Below are positions 61,514-64,000 of a stretch of DNA of 64,000 bases, in pieces. The position numbers and the translations under genes are program-made. Source of the stretch: Klebsormidium nitens (lineage: Eukaryota > Plantae > Klebsormidiophyceae); NCBI GenBank assembly GCA_000708835.1, contig DF237049.1, positions 62,001-126,000 on the forward strand, given 5' to 3'. Positions within the stretch are counted from its first letter, which is position 1. Every line of letters begins with the position of its first letter. Under the pieces are notes generated by a model. The model ran no database searches and had not been told where the DNA came from. It saw only the letters and a list, made by a program, of their open reading frames with translations.

Positions 61514-64000
61514 ATGGCGGGCTTGGAAGCAGCATTCTGCGGCTTCACGCAAGGGTGCGTAAGTCAGGCAGCATTCAGCAGGCACACCGACCTAGACGCC
61601 AACAAGCAACCCCTCTTCAAAACCTGGCTGACGCCTGCGACTGGGGCCAGAGCCACCCTCCCCTGTAGAGCTAGCCGCAGAAGTATAGGCATCAAGTCTA
61701 GAAAAACCCTCGGCGTGTCATCGCCGCCCTTCTCATCCTACTCCTTCCTTCCCCTAGCACCACTCCCTACCTTCCGGTCACCTCATCGGAGTCGACAAAG
61801 TGGTGCCCGGCGACGTGCTTCTTGTGTCCGAGCGTCCGGCTCGTCAGATCAGCTGGTCCCCACTTCTGCAGTGATGGATTCAGCAGATTATAAGGTGCAG
61901 CAGAGCCGGATAGACACAATACTGGCGCGCCTGCATGAGCTCGACCCAGGGATCCCCTCAGTGGAGGAGGCGGCCATCCGCGCAGATCTCAACACCCTGT
62001 CCGCAGAGCACCTCTCGCTCGTAGAAAACAGTACCGGCAAAAACCGCACCATCAGCAGCTGGTCCGCGCTGCTGAAGCGCCTGATTGCGCTGAAAGAGGG
62101 GGACGATGCGCAGCGTCTGGGGCGGCACGACCACCGGCGCGTCTGGCTGGCGGAGCAGCGCCTGCTCAAAACGCTGGGCTGGGCGGCGCGCCTGCGGGAG
62201 ACGCTCGCACGGTTGTTTAGCTGGCAGGGCCTCGTGCTCTTTGGCGCCTTTCTCCTGGCTGCGGTGTCCATCAACCTTGCATGGAGGCCGCAGGCGAAGA
62301 TCGTGACAAAGCCCGTGCAGTACAGCACGTTCCTGCAGGAGGTGAGGCACGGCTGCCAATGGCGTCGTTAGTCTAGGGACAGTAGTGAGATTCCAGTGCA
62401 TCAACATCATGCATGGAGAGATGTCAGGATCTTGTGGAGCGTTGGGCCAAAGTAGAAATCCGATTGTTCAGAACAGAACTCAAAAGCCAAGATTGGGAAG
62501 TTAAGGGTTTGTGCAGGTGGCCATCAAAGGGTTGGGCAATTCATCAGTTTTTCCCCCTGTCTCGCAATCAGGCCCTCAGGCAAATGGCTTTGAGAAAGAT
62601 CTGTTGACTTTGCATGATGCAGGTTAATTGTACAGCGATTGTCTTGTACAGCTCATGAACAGGTGAAAGTCGTTCTGAAGAGAAGTGCCTCATTCTACTC
62701 ATGTTGGCTGAAAGAAGTTGACGTTTCTTGGCAGGTGGAGAAGAAGAACGTCAAGGTGGTCAATTTTGAGGAGCAGTCTCGGAAAATATACTTTGCACTG
62801 AGGGATGAGGACGAGGCATTCCGAGCGCAAAGGGAGGCGGGCCAAGAAAAGAAGGTGAGCAGGCAGTAGAACCCAACTGTCGATTCTCTCGGCCATGCTT
62901 GCAGAGCCACGTGCTTTACCCCCCTCTTATTAGAGACAGTCCTGCACCCATTTCAGCAAAGCCTCTTCTGTCGAACAGATCTCTTGTTCGTTGGGTGTCC
63001 GGCTGTGCCCTTTGTAATTATGGACAGAAGAACCAAATGCACCAGTGCTTGGCACTCCCAGCTCTGCGCGTTCGAGCGCCCATACGGGGAGTTCTCACTG
63101 GCTTACACATGCCTGGCAGGACATCATTGACAAGGGGTTCCTGAAAATCTCTGTGGAGAGGACTGTGGCCAGCCCTCCCCGCCCTGCCCGGTACCTGACG
63201 CGCCGGGTGGAAGGCGACATGAAACTCATCGAAAAGCTGCAGGTAAGAAGTAGATAACGTCATGGATGGCCTTCCTCGGACGTCTATAGAGAGCTGAGCC
63301 TTGAACACAGGCATGCACGTGTTGTACAGCCGGAAAACTGATCAGGAATGGAGATGGGCGTAAGTACAAGGTTGCCCAGTCTACTGCGACTTCTGTCAGG
63401 AATAGCCCTCAGGTCTTCCTGGGCAGAACCCTGTGTCCCTGTCTTCTTTGCAGGCCAGCGGCGCAGCATTCCGGTCGGTCCCCCCCTCGTCTCTGGACGG
63501 CATGCGCACGGCGCTCTTCACAATGGTGGCCATCTACGTGCCGCTCATCCCGCTTTTCATCTTTGCGCGGCGCCAGCTCATGGGGCGTGCCACCAAGAAG
63601 CGCGCACGCGCGCACGACTCGGCGGTCACTTTCCGGGATGTTGCGGGGGTGGACCAGGCGAAGCAGGAGCTCATGGAGGTGCGGTGGATAAGAGTTTGGC
63701 GCCTTGTGATATTGGTATCACGTTGTTTGCAGCGAGGACTTTCATGCGGTTGGTGCAGGTGCTCCATGGTGGATGCAAATGTCCAGCAACGTGGTTTTTT
63801 TGCAGCCCAGAAGGGGAACACTGCCTCAAGACGTTTTTCAAATGGCCGCGCTGAGATATATGGCTCGCTACTCTACGTGTCAGGATTTCGGAGTTGAAGA
63901 CGTTCTCCGAAGATGCATCGGTGCTGAGTCGTGGCACACACTTATTTCCAGGAAAGTTGCGTCGTGTGCCACTTTTCTCTCCAGAAAGCCTTCCCTTGCC
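61514..64000 (+). CDS. FTSHI3: Chloroplast FtsH-like AAA protein, FtsHi3 type (5' part; continues past the window)
   Basis: Transit peptide and TM segment, then VQYSTFLQE|VEKKNVKVVNFEEQSRKIYF|...YLTRRVEGDMKLIEKLQ|ASGAAFRSVPPSSLDGMRTALFTMVAIYVPLIPL...VTFRDVAGVDQAKQELME. As I recall it, this parallels plant FtsHi3 (EEGSRRIYY, YVTRKVD, SAPQS...MRT, WIPL.PL). Confidence 0.8.

Noticed and set aside
956-63937. Many long ORFs antisense to or frameshifted over GC-rich exons (e.g. 956-1501, 15788-16333, 41979-42464, 57144-57872, 58242-58715)
   Set aside because: These are shadow ORFs caused by high GC and codon bias in real exons, with no independent motifs.
1-64000. Prokaryotic or endosymbiont contamination, suggested by cimA and the endonuclease
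   Set aside because: Both genes are split by many canonical spliceosomal introns and sit among clearly eukaryotic nuclear genes (LHCA1, COX23, CASPL).

Overview
This is eukaryotic nuclear DNA with short GT-AG introns and GC-rich exons. Gene content and style suggest a streptophyte (charophyte) green alga such as Klebsormidium; that assignment is my inference. I reconstructed 14 spliced protein-coding genes by hand: TRM1, COX23, an MGCGSS-initiated acidic protein, a coiled-coil protein with an RFX/D5-like winged helix, PLMT, a bacterial-type endonuclease I with a lamin-tail-like domain, an RWDD2-like protein, a plastid class I methyltransferase, a bacterial-type citramalate synthase (CimA), LHCA1, two head-to-head CASP-like genes, an orphan helical protein and the 5' part of FTSHI3. 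Twelve of the 14 genes form six head-to-head pairs. Non-coding regions hold five TA-flanked Tc1/mariner-type MITEs, one of which contains a tRNA-like Pol III unit, and an old ~0.7-kb direct repeat on both sides of LHCA1. The most interesting observations are (1) an intron-containing, probably plastid-targeted CimA, which points to threonine-independent isoleucine synthesis, (2) a secreted-type bacterial nuclease with an apparent transit peptide plus twin-arginine (thylakoid lumen) signal, (3) a winged-helix domain resembling RFX or viral D5 primase C-termini, and (4) the MITE set. All family calls come from motif recognition; no database search was run.
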